Below are positions 19,592-29,355 of a stretch of 64,000 nt of DNA, piece after piece. The position numbers and the translations under genes are program-made. Position 1 is the stretch's first letter, and every line of letters begins with the position of its first letter. The notes beneath the pieces were generated by a model. That model had not been told where the DNA came from and made no database searches. It worked only from the letters and a program-made list of their open reading frames with translations. This DNA comes from a bacterium (GTDB lineage Bacteria > Electryoneota > JAOADG01): contig OY820579.1 in NCBI GenBank assembly GCA_963681965.1, positions 2,432,001 to 2,496,000 on the forward strand, written 5' to 3'.

Positions 19592-19709
19592 GAAAGTATC
19601 TCTTGAAAATAAGTTGTAATCGGTAGTAGGGGCGGACCCTCGCGTCCGCCCGCAGGTCAGGTGAAGCCTGACACCGAATCATGACAACTTATTATCAAGA
19701 ACCACTATA
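19592..19709. mobile_element. MITE-like non-autonomous element, copy 1
   Basis: Inverted repeats TCTTGAAAATAAGTTGT ... ACAACTTATTATCAAGA enclosing GTAGGGGCGGAC-N6-GTCCGCCC and GTCAGGTGAAGCCTGAC hairpins; near-identical inverted copy at 37103. Confidence 0.75.
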
Positions 19710-19879
19710 AAAAAATCTTCAAGAACTATTTTTTAGTTGTAGCAAATTCGATATTGCATATATCTTATAATTACGAATTTCGAATAATTGGTAACTTTCC
19801 GATTTCTCTGCTTTATAATGATGCTTCATTGCGAGTGTTGCGCGATGAACGAAGATTCTATTTTCCAAATGAGGTTACT

Positions 19880-21958
19880 ATGCGCTGGATGATTGCTGCT
19901 ATCTGCTCGATACTCATTTTTTCTTCGCTTTCTATTGCTAGTACTTCCGGTAAAATCACTGGACATGTTACGCTCGAGGATACGAAAGAGAGTGCCGTAA
20001 GTGCTTCGGTACTGATTCTCGAATTGAAGATCGGCGCGAAAACTGATTTCGAAGGGAATTATACCATTCTGAATGTGCCACCGGGAACATATACGCTGAG
20101 GTTTAGCTATGTTGGTTATAGATCAGTCAAAATCGATAGCGTAATTATTACTTCAGGTGTGACATTTACGCAGAATGTGACATTGAAGGCGGAATCCGTT
20201 CAACGCTCAGAAATCGTGATAAAAGCTGAACCCCCAAAAGTGCAATTGGATGTGACGGGTGGCGATAAAATAACCCGTAGACAGGATATAGATCGAACTT
20301 CGGCAAGTAGCGTGCAAGACGGTATCTACAAAAAATCCGGTGTGAAAATCGATAATGATGGTGCATTGCACGTTCGCGGAGGTCGGCGGGGCGAATCGGC
20401 GGTTGTTCAAGGGACCAATACTGGCGACCCGATGGCAGGTTCTGCCAAGGAACGTGCTCAACGTGCCGTATCCAGACCTGACAAGATGCCGCCCTATTAT
20501 CCACCGCCATATCGCCCGACCCCGGGACGCGATAACTATGCCCGGATCAATGAGAATCCGTTTATAAGTGTGAATGACGAACCGCTCTCGACTTTTTCGA
20601 TCGATGTCGATAACGCATCGTATAGCAACGTTCGCAGCTTTTTGATGGCGGGGAATCTGCCTCCCATGAATGCCGTTCGACTTGAAGAAATGATTAATTA
20701 TTTCAGCTATAACTATCCCGAACCGAAAGACGAACACCCCTGTTCGATCACGACGAATCTGGCGGAATGCCCGTGGGACGATGAGCATTATCTGCTTCGG
20801 GTGGGATTGAAAGCGAAATCGCTCGATCAGGAAGAAGTGAAACCGAACAATCTGGTGTTTCTGCTCGATGTTTCCGGCTCGATGGCTGATGAGAATAAGC
20901 TTCCATTGGTCAAGCGCGCATTCCGGCTGCTGGCGAATCAACTGCGTCACGAAGATCATATCGCGATTGTCACCTACTCTACGACTGCGCGAATCGCGTT
21001 ATCCAGCACGCGCGGCGATCGTCTCGACGATATCTTGAGTGCAATCGACGGTTTGGCGGCGAATGGATCGACGGCTGGTGCGCAGGGGATTCAGCTAGCC
21101 TATCAGGTTGCCGCCGATAATTTTCTCGAGAATGGTACGAACCGGGTGATTATCGCGACGGATGGCGATTTTAACGTCGGCGTCAGCGACGATAACCAGT
21201 TGTTGCAGATGATCAAACAGAAACGCAAGAGCAATATTTTCCTCTCGATCTTAGGCGTCGGTCGTGGGAATTTGCAGGATGCGAAGATGGAGCTGCTCGC
21301 CGACAACGGGAACGGTCACTACTACTACATCGATACTTTCAATGAAGCCCGCAAAGTGTTTCTAGAACAGCTATACGGTACACTGGTGACGGTAGCGAAA
21401 GATGTCAAGGTGCAGATCGAATTCAATCCGGCGAAAGTGATTGGATACAGATTGATCGGTTACGAGAATCGGCTATTGGCGGCAGAAGATTTCAATAACG
21501 ATCGGGTCGATGCCGGTGAAATGGGGGCGGGACACACGGTTACGGCGTTGTATGAAATCGTACCGGTAGGTGCGGACAATCCGTTCCCGTCGATCGATAG
21601 TCTGCGTTATCAGCAAACTGAACCGGAACCGCAGCATGCTTGGCGCAAGACGGATAAAGAGTGGTTGTTTGTCAAAGTGCGGTATAAAGAACCGGATGAG
21701 AAACGGAGCAATTTGATCGAACATCCAGTCACCGGAACGCCGGTCAAATTCGCGAATTCACCGAGTGACATGCAATTTGCAGTGGCTGTGGCGGAATTCG
21801 GAATGCTCCTGCGCAATTCGCCGTATGGGGAAGATATCGATTATACCGAAGTAAAAAAATTGGCGCGACACAATCTAGGAGAAGATCCTGCGGGGATCCG
21901 TCACGAATTCCTGCGAATGATTGAGGCTGCGGAAGAACCCACGCCGGGGAATAGGTAG
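19880..21958 (+). CDS. YfbK-like VWA protein with N-terminal carboxypeptidase-regulatory-like/plug region
   Basis: Signal peptide; 'GKITG.V...GNYTILNVPPGTY'; 'PLSTFSIDVDNASYS..R'; MIDAS 'DVSGS'; 'ATDGDFNVG'; 'YRLIGYENR'. Confidence 0.88.
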   Translation: MRWMIAAICSILIFSSLSIASTSGKITGHVTLEDTKESAVSASVLILELKIGAKTDFEGNYTILNVPPGTYTLRFSYVGYRSVKIDSVIITSGVTFTQNVTLKAESVQRSEIVIKAEPPKVQLDVTGGDKITRRQDIDRTSASSVQDGIYKKSGVKIDNDGALHVRGGRRGESAVVQGTNTGDPMAGSAKERAQRAVSRPDKMPPYYPPPYRPTPGRDNYARINENPFISVNDEPLSTFSIDVDNASYSNVRSFLMAGNLPPMNAVRLEEMINYFSYNYPEPKDEHPCSITTNLAECPWDDEHYLLRVGLKAKSLDQEEVKPNNLVFLLDVSGSMADENKLPLVKRAFRLLANQLRHEDHIAIVTYSTTARIALSSTRGDRLDDILSAIDGLAANGSTAGAQGIQLAYQVAADNFLENGTNRVIIATDGDFNVGVSDDNQLLQMIKQKRKSNIFLSILGVGRGNLQDAKMELLADNGNGHYYYIDTFNEARKVFLEQLYGTLVTVAKDVKVQIEFNPAKVIGYRLIGYENRLLAAEDFNNDRVDAGEMGAGHTVTALYEIVPVGADNPFPSIDSLRYQQTEPEPQHAWRKTDKEWLFVKVRYKEPDEKRSNLIEHPVTGTPVKFANSPSDMQFAVAVAEFGMLLRNSPYGEDIDYTEVKKLARHNLGEDPAGIRHEFLRMIEAAEEPTPGNR

Positions 21959-22073
21959 GATTTCAACTTATTGTTGTTTCAATTATTAGCAATATTTTAT
22001 TTTTTTATTGCTTTCTATTAGTATAGATATTATATTACAACATTATTAGTGTTTTAGCTAAAATGGAGATTCC

Positions 22074-24044
22074 ATGATACTCGAACCTGTTATTGAGGCA
22101 AGGCTCAGAAAATTTAAAGAATTTTTTGAATTACAACATTTAAATGAAGATGAAATATTTGAAAAATTTGTTAATCATGTGATAACTATTTCACACCAAC
22201 CAGATGCATTTACTGGTGATGCAGATCTACTTGATATAATTACTGTTGGGGGATCTGATGACATAGGAATTGATGGAATTGGGATAAAATTGAATGATCT
22301 TTTTGTGAAGTCGAAAGAAGATATTGATGATATTTCTAATAAATTTAAACGTGCTAATGCCGAGTTTATTTTTATTCAGTCAAAAAATCAGCAAAAATTT
22401 AAAGCTGATGCATTTCTTTCTTTTTCACAAGGTGTTCGATCTTTTTTTGATTCTAATTCTAAAGCCCCTATAAATGCTAAAATTAAATCTATGCGTAAAT
22501 TTAAGGATTATTTATTTAGCCACGACATGATGGACTTATGGGAAGATAATCCTTCAATTAGATTGTATTATGTTGCATTAGGAAAATGGAAAGGTCAACA
22601 ACTTCATACAGCACATGCTGAAAAGATAAAAGATGATTTAAATAATCTCAATATGTTTTCAAAAGTTGAAGTACATTTTATTGACAGTGAAGCATTAAAG
22701 CTTATTTGTGATAATAATGATAGCAACTTTAAAGTTCAAATCAATGCGATTGAAGTAATGCCATTAACAGAGGTAGCCGGAGTAGATAATTCATGTATAG
22801 CTCTTTGTAAAGCAAATGAATTTTTTAATATTATTAAAACAGATGAGGGTGTTATTAGAAAATCATTATTTGATAATAATGTTCGTGATTTTCAAGGTGA
22901 AAGTTCAATAAATAAAGAAATTGGTGAAACAATAATTAATGAACCAGAAAAAATGGTTTTATTAAATAATGGGATTACACTTGTGTGTGACAAATATCTT
23001 CTTAATTACAGGAGTTTTCAAATAACTAACCCTCAAATAGTTAATGGTTGTCAAACAAGCCATGTACTTTATAATATAGCTAATATGAAATATGATATTA
23101 GCAATGTCACTATTTGTTTGAGAATTATTTCGACTACTAATCTTGATATATCTAACAAAATTGTTAGAGGGACAAATAGACAAAATATTGTTTTGGACGA
23201 AGCTTTTGAAGCAACCAGAAAATTTCACATCCAATTAGAAGACTTTTTCTCTGCTTACTCTGAAAAAATTGGAGTAAGATTATTTTATGAACGCCGGTCA
23301 AAACAATTTGCACATAACCCGAAGATTCTTCAGTCAGAAAAATCAAATTTAAGGACTATTACTCAATCTTTTGTCGGAATGTTTTTAAATAAACCTCACT
23401 TATCTCACAGGCATGAAGCTTTTTTATTAGATACACTTTCTAATGAACTATATCAAGATAGCCACTCAAATTTACCGTATTTCATATCATCTCTTTCGAT
23501 GATTAAGGTCGAGAAATTATTTCGCGAAGGCCGCATTAAAGGCAATTTGTTACCTTACAAGGCTCATATATTAATGTTATTTAGAGAGATTAAGGGAGGA
23601 AAGTGCCCTAACATAAATCACGAAAAAAAGATTGATTCGTATTGTAGTGATCTAATTAAAAATATTAATAATTCTAACGAATTTGCAACTACAATATTAT
23701 CAGCGGTAAATATCATTAACCATGCAAGACAAGAGTGGATAGATTTACATAAAAATCCATATAGAGATGTTTCAGAATTTACTACATTTCTTCTTTCAAA
23801 AATAACTGAATCAAATATTATCGATCCAATTTCAGACCCAATTTGGTTTTACGGTAAAATAGTAAAGATATTATATGATAAAAATGGAAAATTATGTGGT
23901 TTTATTCAGAGTAAACCGGATGATATTTTTTTCCATTCTGCTGAAAACACGATTTCAACAACGTATTTAAATAAATATGTAAAGTATCAAATTAGAGAAG
24001 AGTATTCTCGTAAATATGGGATAAATATTAGTCTACTTGAATAA
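22074..24044 (+). CDS. AIPR family protein with C-terminal cold-shock/OB-like domain
   Basis: 'GGSDDIGIDG', 'FIQSK', 'LFDNNVRDFQ', 'LNNGIT', 'PQIVNGCQTS', 'TNRQN', 'YERRSKQF'; tail 'GKIV....GFI......IFFH'; very AT-rich. Confidence 0.85.
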   Translation: MILEPVIEARLRKFKEFFELQHLNEDEIFEKFVNHVITISHQPDAFTGDADLLDIITVGGSDDIGIDGIGIKLNDLFVKSKEDIDDISNKFKRANAEFIFIQSKNQQKFKADAFLSFSQGVRSFFDSNSKAPINAKIKSMRKFKDYLFSHDMMDLWEDNPSIRLYYVALGKWKGQQLHTAHAEKIKDDLNNLNMFSKVEVHFIDSEALKLICDNNDSNFKVQINAIEVMPLTEVAGVDNSCIALCKANEFFNIIKTDEGVIRKSLFDNNVRDFQGESSINKEIGETIINEPEKMVLLNNGITLVCDKYLLNYRSFQITNPQIVNGCQTSHVLYNIANMKYDISNVTICLRIISTTNLDISNKIVRGTNRQNIVLDEAFEATRKFHIQLEDFFSAYSEKIGVRLFYERRSKQFAHNPKILQSEKSNLRTITQSFVGMFLNKPHLSHRHEAFLLDTLSNELYQDSHSNLPYFISSLSMIKVEKLFREGRIKGNLLPYKAHILMLFREIKGGKCPNINHEKKIDSYCSDLIKNINNSNEFATTILSAVNIINHARQEWIDLHKNPYRDVSEFTTFLLSKITESNIIDPISDPIWFYGKIVKILYDKNGKLCGFIQSKPDDIFFHSAENTISTTYLNKYVKYQIREEYSRKYGINISLLE

Positions 24045-24079
24045 CTATATAAAAATCACAAATAAGCATATACTTTACC

Positions 24080-25345
24080 CTACGTCTTCAACTCCTTTTT
24101 CTTCGCAGCCGGGAACAGCACATTGTTCAGGATCAGGCGATAACCGGGGCTGTTGCGATGAAGATTGAGATTGGTCGGTGGATCGCCGACTTGATGGCGA
24201 TAATCTTCCGGATCGTGACCACCGAAAAATGTCCACGTCCCTTTGCCAAGAATCCCGTGGATATATTTCGCGTCGTCTTCCCCTTCGACTTCCCCTAATA
24301 CAGTCACACCGGGCTTGAGCAAATGTCTGCGAAATCCCGTCGTCTGACCCATGAAGCCTTTGACCACTGCAGTATGATCCTGTGTCAACATCGCTGAGAC
24401 CGGGTCGAATTTCGCGGCAAATTCGAACAGCGTGAAGTAGTCGTTGTCTTCACCGCGAGTGCTTAAACCGAATTGCGGAGTAGTATCGATATCGCTGAAT
24501 TCGTAGGTCATCGGATCGAAAATCAACTTAAAATCGGTGAATGCAAGGCAATTGCGATAATCGAGTTTACTCTGCGCCTGTGGATCGGGTGGATCGCCAT
24601 CGAACGGAGTATCGCAGATATCGACGCCACGTGCCGCCAGGGCAATATCGTAGGTATCCGGTCCACTGCACATCGCAAACAGGAAACCGCCGTTCTGAAC
24701 ATATTCACGAATGTTCCAGACGACCGAGCTTTTCAACTGCGAAACTTTTGCGAAACCTAATCTACGGGCGCGCGCCTCTTCTTCGCGCTGTTGCCGGATG
24801 TACCATTCGGCATTGCGGAATTGTCCATAGAATTTGCCATACTGACCGGTGAAGTCTTCGTGATGGAGATGGAGCCAATCGTATTCGGGAAGCTTGTGAT
24901 TGAGTACTTCCTCGTCGTAAATCCGGGTATAGGGAATTTCGGCATATTCCAATGCCAGTCGAACTGCATCGTCCCACGGCAGAGCGTCTGGTGGCGCATA
25001 AACAGCTACTTTCGGGGCTTTCTCCAGTCGTACCGCTTCCATATTCGCTTTTTCAATTTCGGCATCAATTGCCGCCGAAGTCGACGCCGAGAGCTGTTCC
25101 ACCGTGACACCACGCAACATGCACATCCGTTGAATTTCATCGAGCGCCTCAGTCCGGAAACTGCCGCCGCGATAATTCAATAGCCACTCTACGATACCCC
25201 CTTTGGAAAGAATCGAGAAGGCGACACCGTACGCTTTGAGATGGTCACGTTGCGTACCATCCATCGGGATCAGCAGGAATTGTGCATTCGCGGTCGTGAT
25301 CGACAGCAGCAGCAAGAGCGAAAAAACGATAAACCGGAATTTCAT
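24080..25345 (-). CDS. Conserved secreted FCB protein with class I glutamine amidotransferase-like fold (often labelled 'asparagine synthetase B')
   Basis: Signal peptide; 'LIPMD..Q.DHLKAYG', 'PWDDAV', 'WLHLHHEDFTGQYGKF', 'FAMCS', 'GGHDPEDY.H.VGDP', 'SPGYRLILNNVLFPAA'. Confidence 0.75.
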   Translation of the reverse strand: MKFRFIVFSLLLLLSITTANAQFLLIPMDGTQRDHLKAYGVAFSILSKGGIVEWLLNYRGGSFRTEALDEIQRMCMLRGVTVEQLSASTSAAIDAEIEKANMEAVRLEKAPKVAVYAPPDALPWDDAVRLALEYAEIPYTRIYDEEVLNHKLPEYDWLHLHHEDFTGQYGKFYGQFRNAEWYIRQQREEEARARRLGFAKVSQLKSSVVWNIREYVQNGGFLFAMCSGPDTYDIALAARGVDICDTPFDGDPPDPQAQSKLDYRNCLAFTDFKLIFDPMTYEFSDIDTTPQFGLSTRGEDNDYFTLFEFAAKFDPVSAMLTQDHTAVVKGFMGQTTGFRRHLLKPGVTVLGEVEGEDDAKYIHGILGKGTWTFFGGHDPEDYRHQVGDPPTNLNLHRNSPGYRLILNNVLFPAAKKKELKT

Positions 25346-25365
25346 GATGCCTCAAATACATCAAA

Positions 25366-25454
25366 GATAGATTGCCACAGCCCCTTTGGGGCTTCGCAAT
25401 GACAAATCAGGATAGATTGCCACATCAGCAGCTACGCTGCTTCCTCGCAATGTC
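25366..25454. repeat. Two tandem copies of a GATTGCCAC...CGCAATGAC palindromic repeat
   Basis: GATAGATTGCCAC-hairpin-TCGCAATGAC at 25366-25403 and 25411-25454, with different inner hairpins. Confidence 0.7.
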
Positions 25455-25461
25455 ATAAAAA

Positions 25462-27807
25462 TTACAATTTGATCCAGCGCAGCCGGAGACTATTCGAGAC
25501 CACTGTCACCGAACTGAATGCCATTGCCGCACTCGCCAGCATCGGGCTGAGCAATATTCCCGCGACAGGAAACAGCAAACCGGCAGCGACGGGAATACAA
25601 ATCACGTTGTATAAAAAAGCCCAAAACAGGTTCTGGCGCGTGATTTGCATCGCAGTGCGCGACAATGAAATTGCTGTCAAAATTGTCTGTAAATCGTCGC
25701 GAATTAAAATCACTTCACCGGCTTCCGCCGCGATTGCGGTACCGGCACCGATCGCGATCCCTACATCCGCTTGTGCCAGTGCCGGAGCATCATTCACCCC
25801 GTCGCCCACCATCGCGACCCGGTGTCCTGACGCTTGCAGTTGTTTGATAGCAGCGACTTTCCCTTCGGGGAGGAGACTGCCATGAAATTCGGTAATACCG
25901 AGTTGATTGGCGATCGCAGTTGCCGTCCGGATGTTGTCGCCAGTCAGCATACCGACTGTCAGACTATTTTGCTGAAGTTGCTTTACTACAGCTTTGGCAG
26001 TATTTCTAACTGGATCGGCAATCGCGAATGCTGCTACCAATTGTTGCTCAGATGCGACAAAAACGACGGTGTCGGCTGCCGATTCGTGGTGTTGCAGAAA
26101 TGGTTCGACAGCATCCAACGTGATCTCAAGTTCGGTTAGAAACCGCTCATTTCCTAAAACGAGCGACACCCCTTCGACAGTTCCCCGAACACCTCGTCCG
26201 GGTAACGCCTCGAATTGATCAACGTCCGGTAGATTTACGGCGTCTGGTGTAGTGAAGGCTACGATTGCATCGCCGAGTGGATGCCCTGATGCGCGTTCCA
26301 AAGCTGCAATTTTAGCGAATAACGCTGATGGATCAAGAATTTGGGGGGATAGGAAATGATCGGTTACCTGCGGTTTTCCGGCAGTGAGAGTGCCGGTTTT
26401 GTCGAATAGCACGGTGTCAATCTGTGCCAATAATTGAAGTGCTTCGCCACTTTTGATCAGGATGCCGCTGCTTGCCCCGCGCCCGGAAGCGACCATCACG
26501 GCGGTGGGAACTGCTAGTCCCATTGCGCAGGGACAGGCGATGATCAAAACCGCTACTGCCGCAGTCATGGCTCGGAAGAGGGAATGATCGACTGTGAGTG
26601 TCAGCCAAGCGAAAAAGGTCATGATGGCTAGCAGAAGCACGACTGGAACGAAGATGGCACTGATGCGATCTGCCATTTTCTGGATCGGTGCACGGGTTCC
26701 CTGTGTATCCTGAACCAACTGGACGATCCGAGCGAGGGTACTGGCATCGCCAACTGCTTCGGCGCGAATGATTAATCGACCATTCCGATTGATGGTTCCC
26801 CCGACGACGCGATCGTCGGATTGTTTCTCTACTGGGATTGGCTCGCCTGTTAGCATCGCTTCGTCGACACTACTGCTACCCGATTCAACGATGCCATCGA
26901 CGGGGATCCGTTCACCGGGACGGATCGCGATCTTGTCGCCGGCAATAACTTGTTCGATCGGTAATTCGATCTCTTCTTGCTCAATGATTAATCGCGCAGT
27001 TTTCGGTTGCAAGCGCAGTAGTTCGCGAATCGCACCGGTAGCACGGTGTTTTGCTCGCGATTCAATAGTATTGCCGATTAAAACTAGTGCAATAATGAAA
27101 ACGACTGCTTCATAATAGACATCGGCAGTCGTGCCATGACTAGTGAAAAGAGTGGGAGCAATCGTCGCGATGAATGAATAGATAAAGGCGGCACCGGTAC
27201 CGATGGCAATCAGCGTATTCATATCGGTGGTGCGGTGTTTTGCGGCTGCCCACGCGCGGGTGTAGAAATGGCGCCCAGCCCAAGTCATGACGAAAATCGT
27301 TATCAGAAGTAATATCCAGCGAATCAGATCGGGTGAAACTGACATGATTTCCGGAATTGTTGAATGAATCAGCGGCATCACCCCACCGGACAACCACTGC
27401 ATGAACGGATCGGATGATGCGGCATCGGGATCGTGAGTTGTCATCAAAGGCATCGAGAGTAACATTGCCAACAGCGCCAGCGCGAAAGCAAATAAGGCTT
27501 TCCGGCGTAAACTGCGATAATTCTCTTCCTGCTGCCGTTCTAGATTCAACGGGGCGGAGAGAATCGAGGTGCCGGTTTCGGGTAGCGCTGCTTCGTAACC
27601 GGTATCGATTACGGTTTCAACGAGATTGTCGGGGGAAACGGTAGATGGTTCGAACGTGACAGTGGCGTTGTGTAACATCAAGTTAACGACGGCATCTTTA
27701 ACGCCGGGATGTTTCTGCAACGCGCGTTGCACCCGTGCCTGACAGGCGGCACAGGACATCCCTTCGACTTGAAAGGTGAGGCGCTGGATGTTCGTCGGTT
27801 CGGACAT
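25462..27807 (-). CDS. copA: Copper-translocating P1B-type ATPase
   Basis: HMA 'GMSCAAC', 'TGEP', 'CPC', 'DKTGT', 'HP', 'GDGVNDAP', 'YN', 'MAFSS'. Confidence 0.93.
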   Translation of the reverse strand: MSEPTNIQRLTFQVEGMSCAACQARVQRALQKHPGVKDAVVNLMLHNATVTFEPSTVSPDNLVETVIDTGYEAALPETGTSILSAPLNLERQQEENYRSLRRKALFAFALALLAMLLSMPLMTTHDPDAASSDPFMQWLSGGVMPLIHSTIPEIMSVSPDLIRWILLLITIFVMTWAGRHFYTRAWAAAKHRTTDMNTLIAIGTGAAFIYSFIATIAPTLFTSHGTTADVYYEAVVFIIALVLIGNTIESRAKHRATGAIRELLRLQPKTARLIIEQEEIELPIEQVIAGDKIAIRPGERIPVDGIVESGSSSVDEAMLTGEPIPVEKQSDDRVVGGTINRNGRLIIRAEAVGDASTLARIVQLVQDTQGTRAPIQKMADRISAIFVPVVLLLAIMTFFAWLTLTVDHSLFRAMTAAVAVLIIACPCAMGLAVPTAVMVASGRGASSGILIKSGEALQLLAQIDTVLFDKTGTLTAGKPQVTDHFLSPQILDPSALFAKIAALERASGHPLGDAIVAFTTPDAVNLPDVDQFEALPGRGVRGTVEGVSLVLGNERFLTELEITLDAVEPFLQHHESAADTVVFVASEQQLVAAFAIADPVRNTAKAVVKQLQQNSLTVGMLTGDNIRTATAIANQLGITEFHGSLLPEGKVAAIKQLQASGHRVAMVGDGVNDAPALAQADVGIAIGAGTAIAAEAGEVILIRDDLQTILTAISLSRTAMQITRQNLFWAFLYNVICIPVAAGLLFPVAGILLSPMLASAAMAFSSVTVVSNSLRLRWIKL

Positions 27808-27908
27808 TGTTATTGATATACCCGGATACGATCAATCATATATACAATACGGATCGAACCGCCTGCTCGGCAGTGTCGGTGCAGATCTGGATTAGCTTCA
27901 CATAAAGA

Positions 27909-28859
27909 TTATTTGCGGGCGCGATCCGATTTCAATTCAACCATACTTGCACACATGCAGGCGCCGAGTATGTAAATACAACCGGAGAGATAGATCCAGA
28001 GCAGCAGCGCCATCATACCGCCGAATGCGCCATATACCGCATTCATTGTGGCAAAATTATGCAAATACACAACGAACAGATTCTCACTAATCCGGATGGC
28101 AATAGTAGCGCAGAATGCGGCTAGCCAGACTTCTCGGAATTTTGTTTGACGTCTCGGTGCAAATATATATAGTAGTGAAAGACTCGTAAAGATGACGATA
28201 ATCGGTAAAAAGAAACTCCCAACACTAGACAAAAAAGAACGCATTTCTGTGGTTGGAATTAACCAATCTTTCACCATACTCACGAGCATAGGAATAGTAA
28301 CGCCAAGGAAGACGGCACAAACCATCACACACAATAAGAATAAACTTCTCAGCGGGAGGCGCCACCATTTAAATTTCGTAAGTCCCCACGCCGAATTGAT
28401 GGAATCGATCATAGTTGCGAAAAATTGGATTGCAACCCATACCAGTGCTAGAAATGCGAACGTTCCAGCATGGCGTTGAGCATGAATGACTTTGGTAATT
28501 GTATCGACGATTTGGGTCTGAATATCGGTATTGAAAGGGAAGTAGCTGGAAACGAACCCAATCACAACATTTCTGACCCACTGACGATTGACTACCGACG
28601 AGATTACCTTAACGAAGATGACAACCAGTGGAAACAACGAGAAGAATGCATAATAAGCAAATGCCGCAGCGCGAATATCACCGTTTATATTAATAAATTT
28701 TTGGAAAGTTAGTTTAGCAATTGAACTGACTTGTTGTGAAAATACAAGGAACCAACTCGATCTTTTGTTCGGTATGAATGAAGATTCATACTTCGGTGGT
28801 GGATCGAATCGGCGTTGCTTGTCTAGTTTGAAGTGCGGCTTTTTAAGTTTTTCGTGCAT
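27909..28859 (-). CDS. YihY/virulence factor BrkB family membrane protein
   Basis: 'AAAFAYYAFFSLFP', 'LY...P', 'YGAFGG...LLLWIYLS....ILGA'; start uncertain. Confidence 0.85.
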   Translation of the reverse strand: MHEKLKKPHFKLDKQRRFDPPPKYESSFIPNKRSSWFLVFSQQVSSIAKLTFQKFININGDIRAAAFAYYAFFSLFPLVVIFVKVISSVVNRQWVRNVVIGFVSSYFPFNTDIQTQIVDTITKVIHAQRHAGTFAFLALVWVAIQFFATMIDSINSAWGLTKFKWWRLPLRSLFLLCVMVCAVFLGVTIPMLVSMVKDWLIPTTEMRSFLSSVGSFFLPIIVIFTSLSLLYIFAPRRQTKFREVWLAAFCATIAIRISENLFVVYLHNFATMNAVYGAFGGMMALLLWIYLSGCIYILGACMCASMVELKSDRARK

Positions 28860-28989
28860 CGATTTGGCTTCTGGAAAGTGATACGATGAATGCGAATTGA
28901 TTCGTTTTTACTTGCTAATTGGTTCAATTAATAGAATCGGTACAAATGTAAATATTAATCATGTAGAGCACTCTGATGAATAGGAATAA

Positions 28990-29355
28990 TTATACTTTCC
29001 CACGGAATTTGTTCAAGTCGCGACGCTCTTTTTTGGTCGGCTTCGATTTATTTTCGGAAAAAGCCCGCTTGGCAGCACGCATGATTTCGTAGCGTTCGAT
29101 GATCTCTTTGGCAGTTTCTTCGCGATAGGTGGTTTTCGCTACTTCTTTCGATACATTCTTACCCGGCATTTCGAGAATTCGGAACGAACGGTACAAGCCA
29201 CGATCGCGAATTTCGATCAGATCGTTTTCTTTCACCAAATCCGCGGCATCGAGTTTCCGGTCACTCCGAAGAATTTTACCTTCGCGGCAAGCGTCGGTGG
29301 CTTGTGTTCGTGATTTGAACAAGCGGGCATGGAATAACCACAAATCGACTCTCAT
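28990..29355 (-). CDS. hslR: S4-domain heat shock protein Hsp15
   Basis: 'MRVDLWL..ARLFKSRTQAT.AC..GK' and 'KPTKKERR'. Confidence 0.88.
   Translation of the reverse strand: MRVDLWLFHARLFKSRTQATDACREGKILRSDRKLDAADLVKENDLIEIRDRGLYRSFRILEMPGKNVSKEVAKTTYREETAKEIIERYEIMRAAKRAFSENKSKPTKKERRDLNKFRGKV

Noticed and set aside
20207-20959. 250-aa antisense ORF inside the VWA gene, and the many other short overlapping ORFs in the track
   Set aside because: They lie opposite or out of frame within well-supported genes and have no protein-like features
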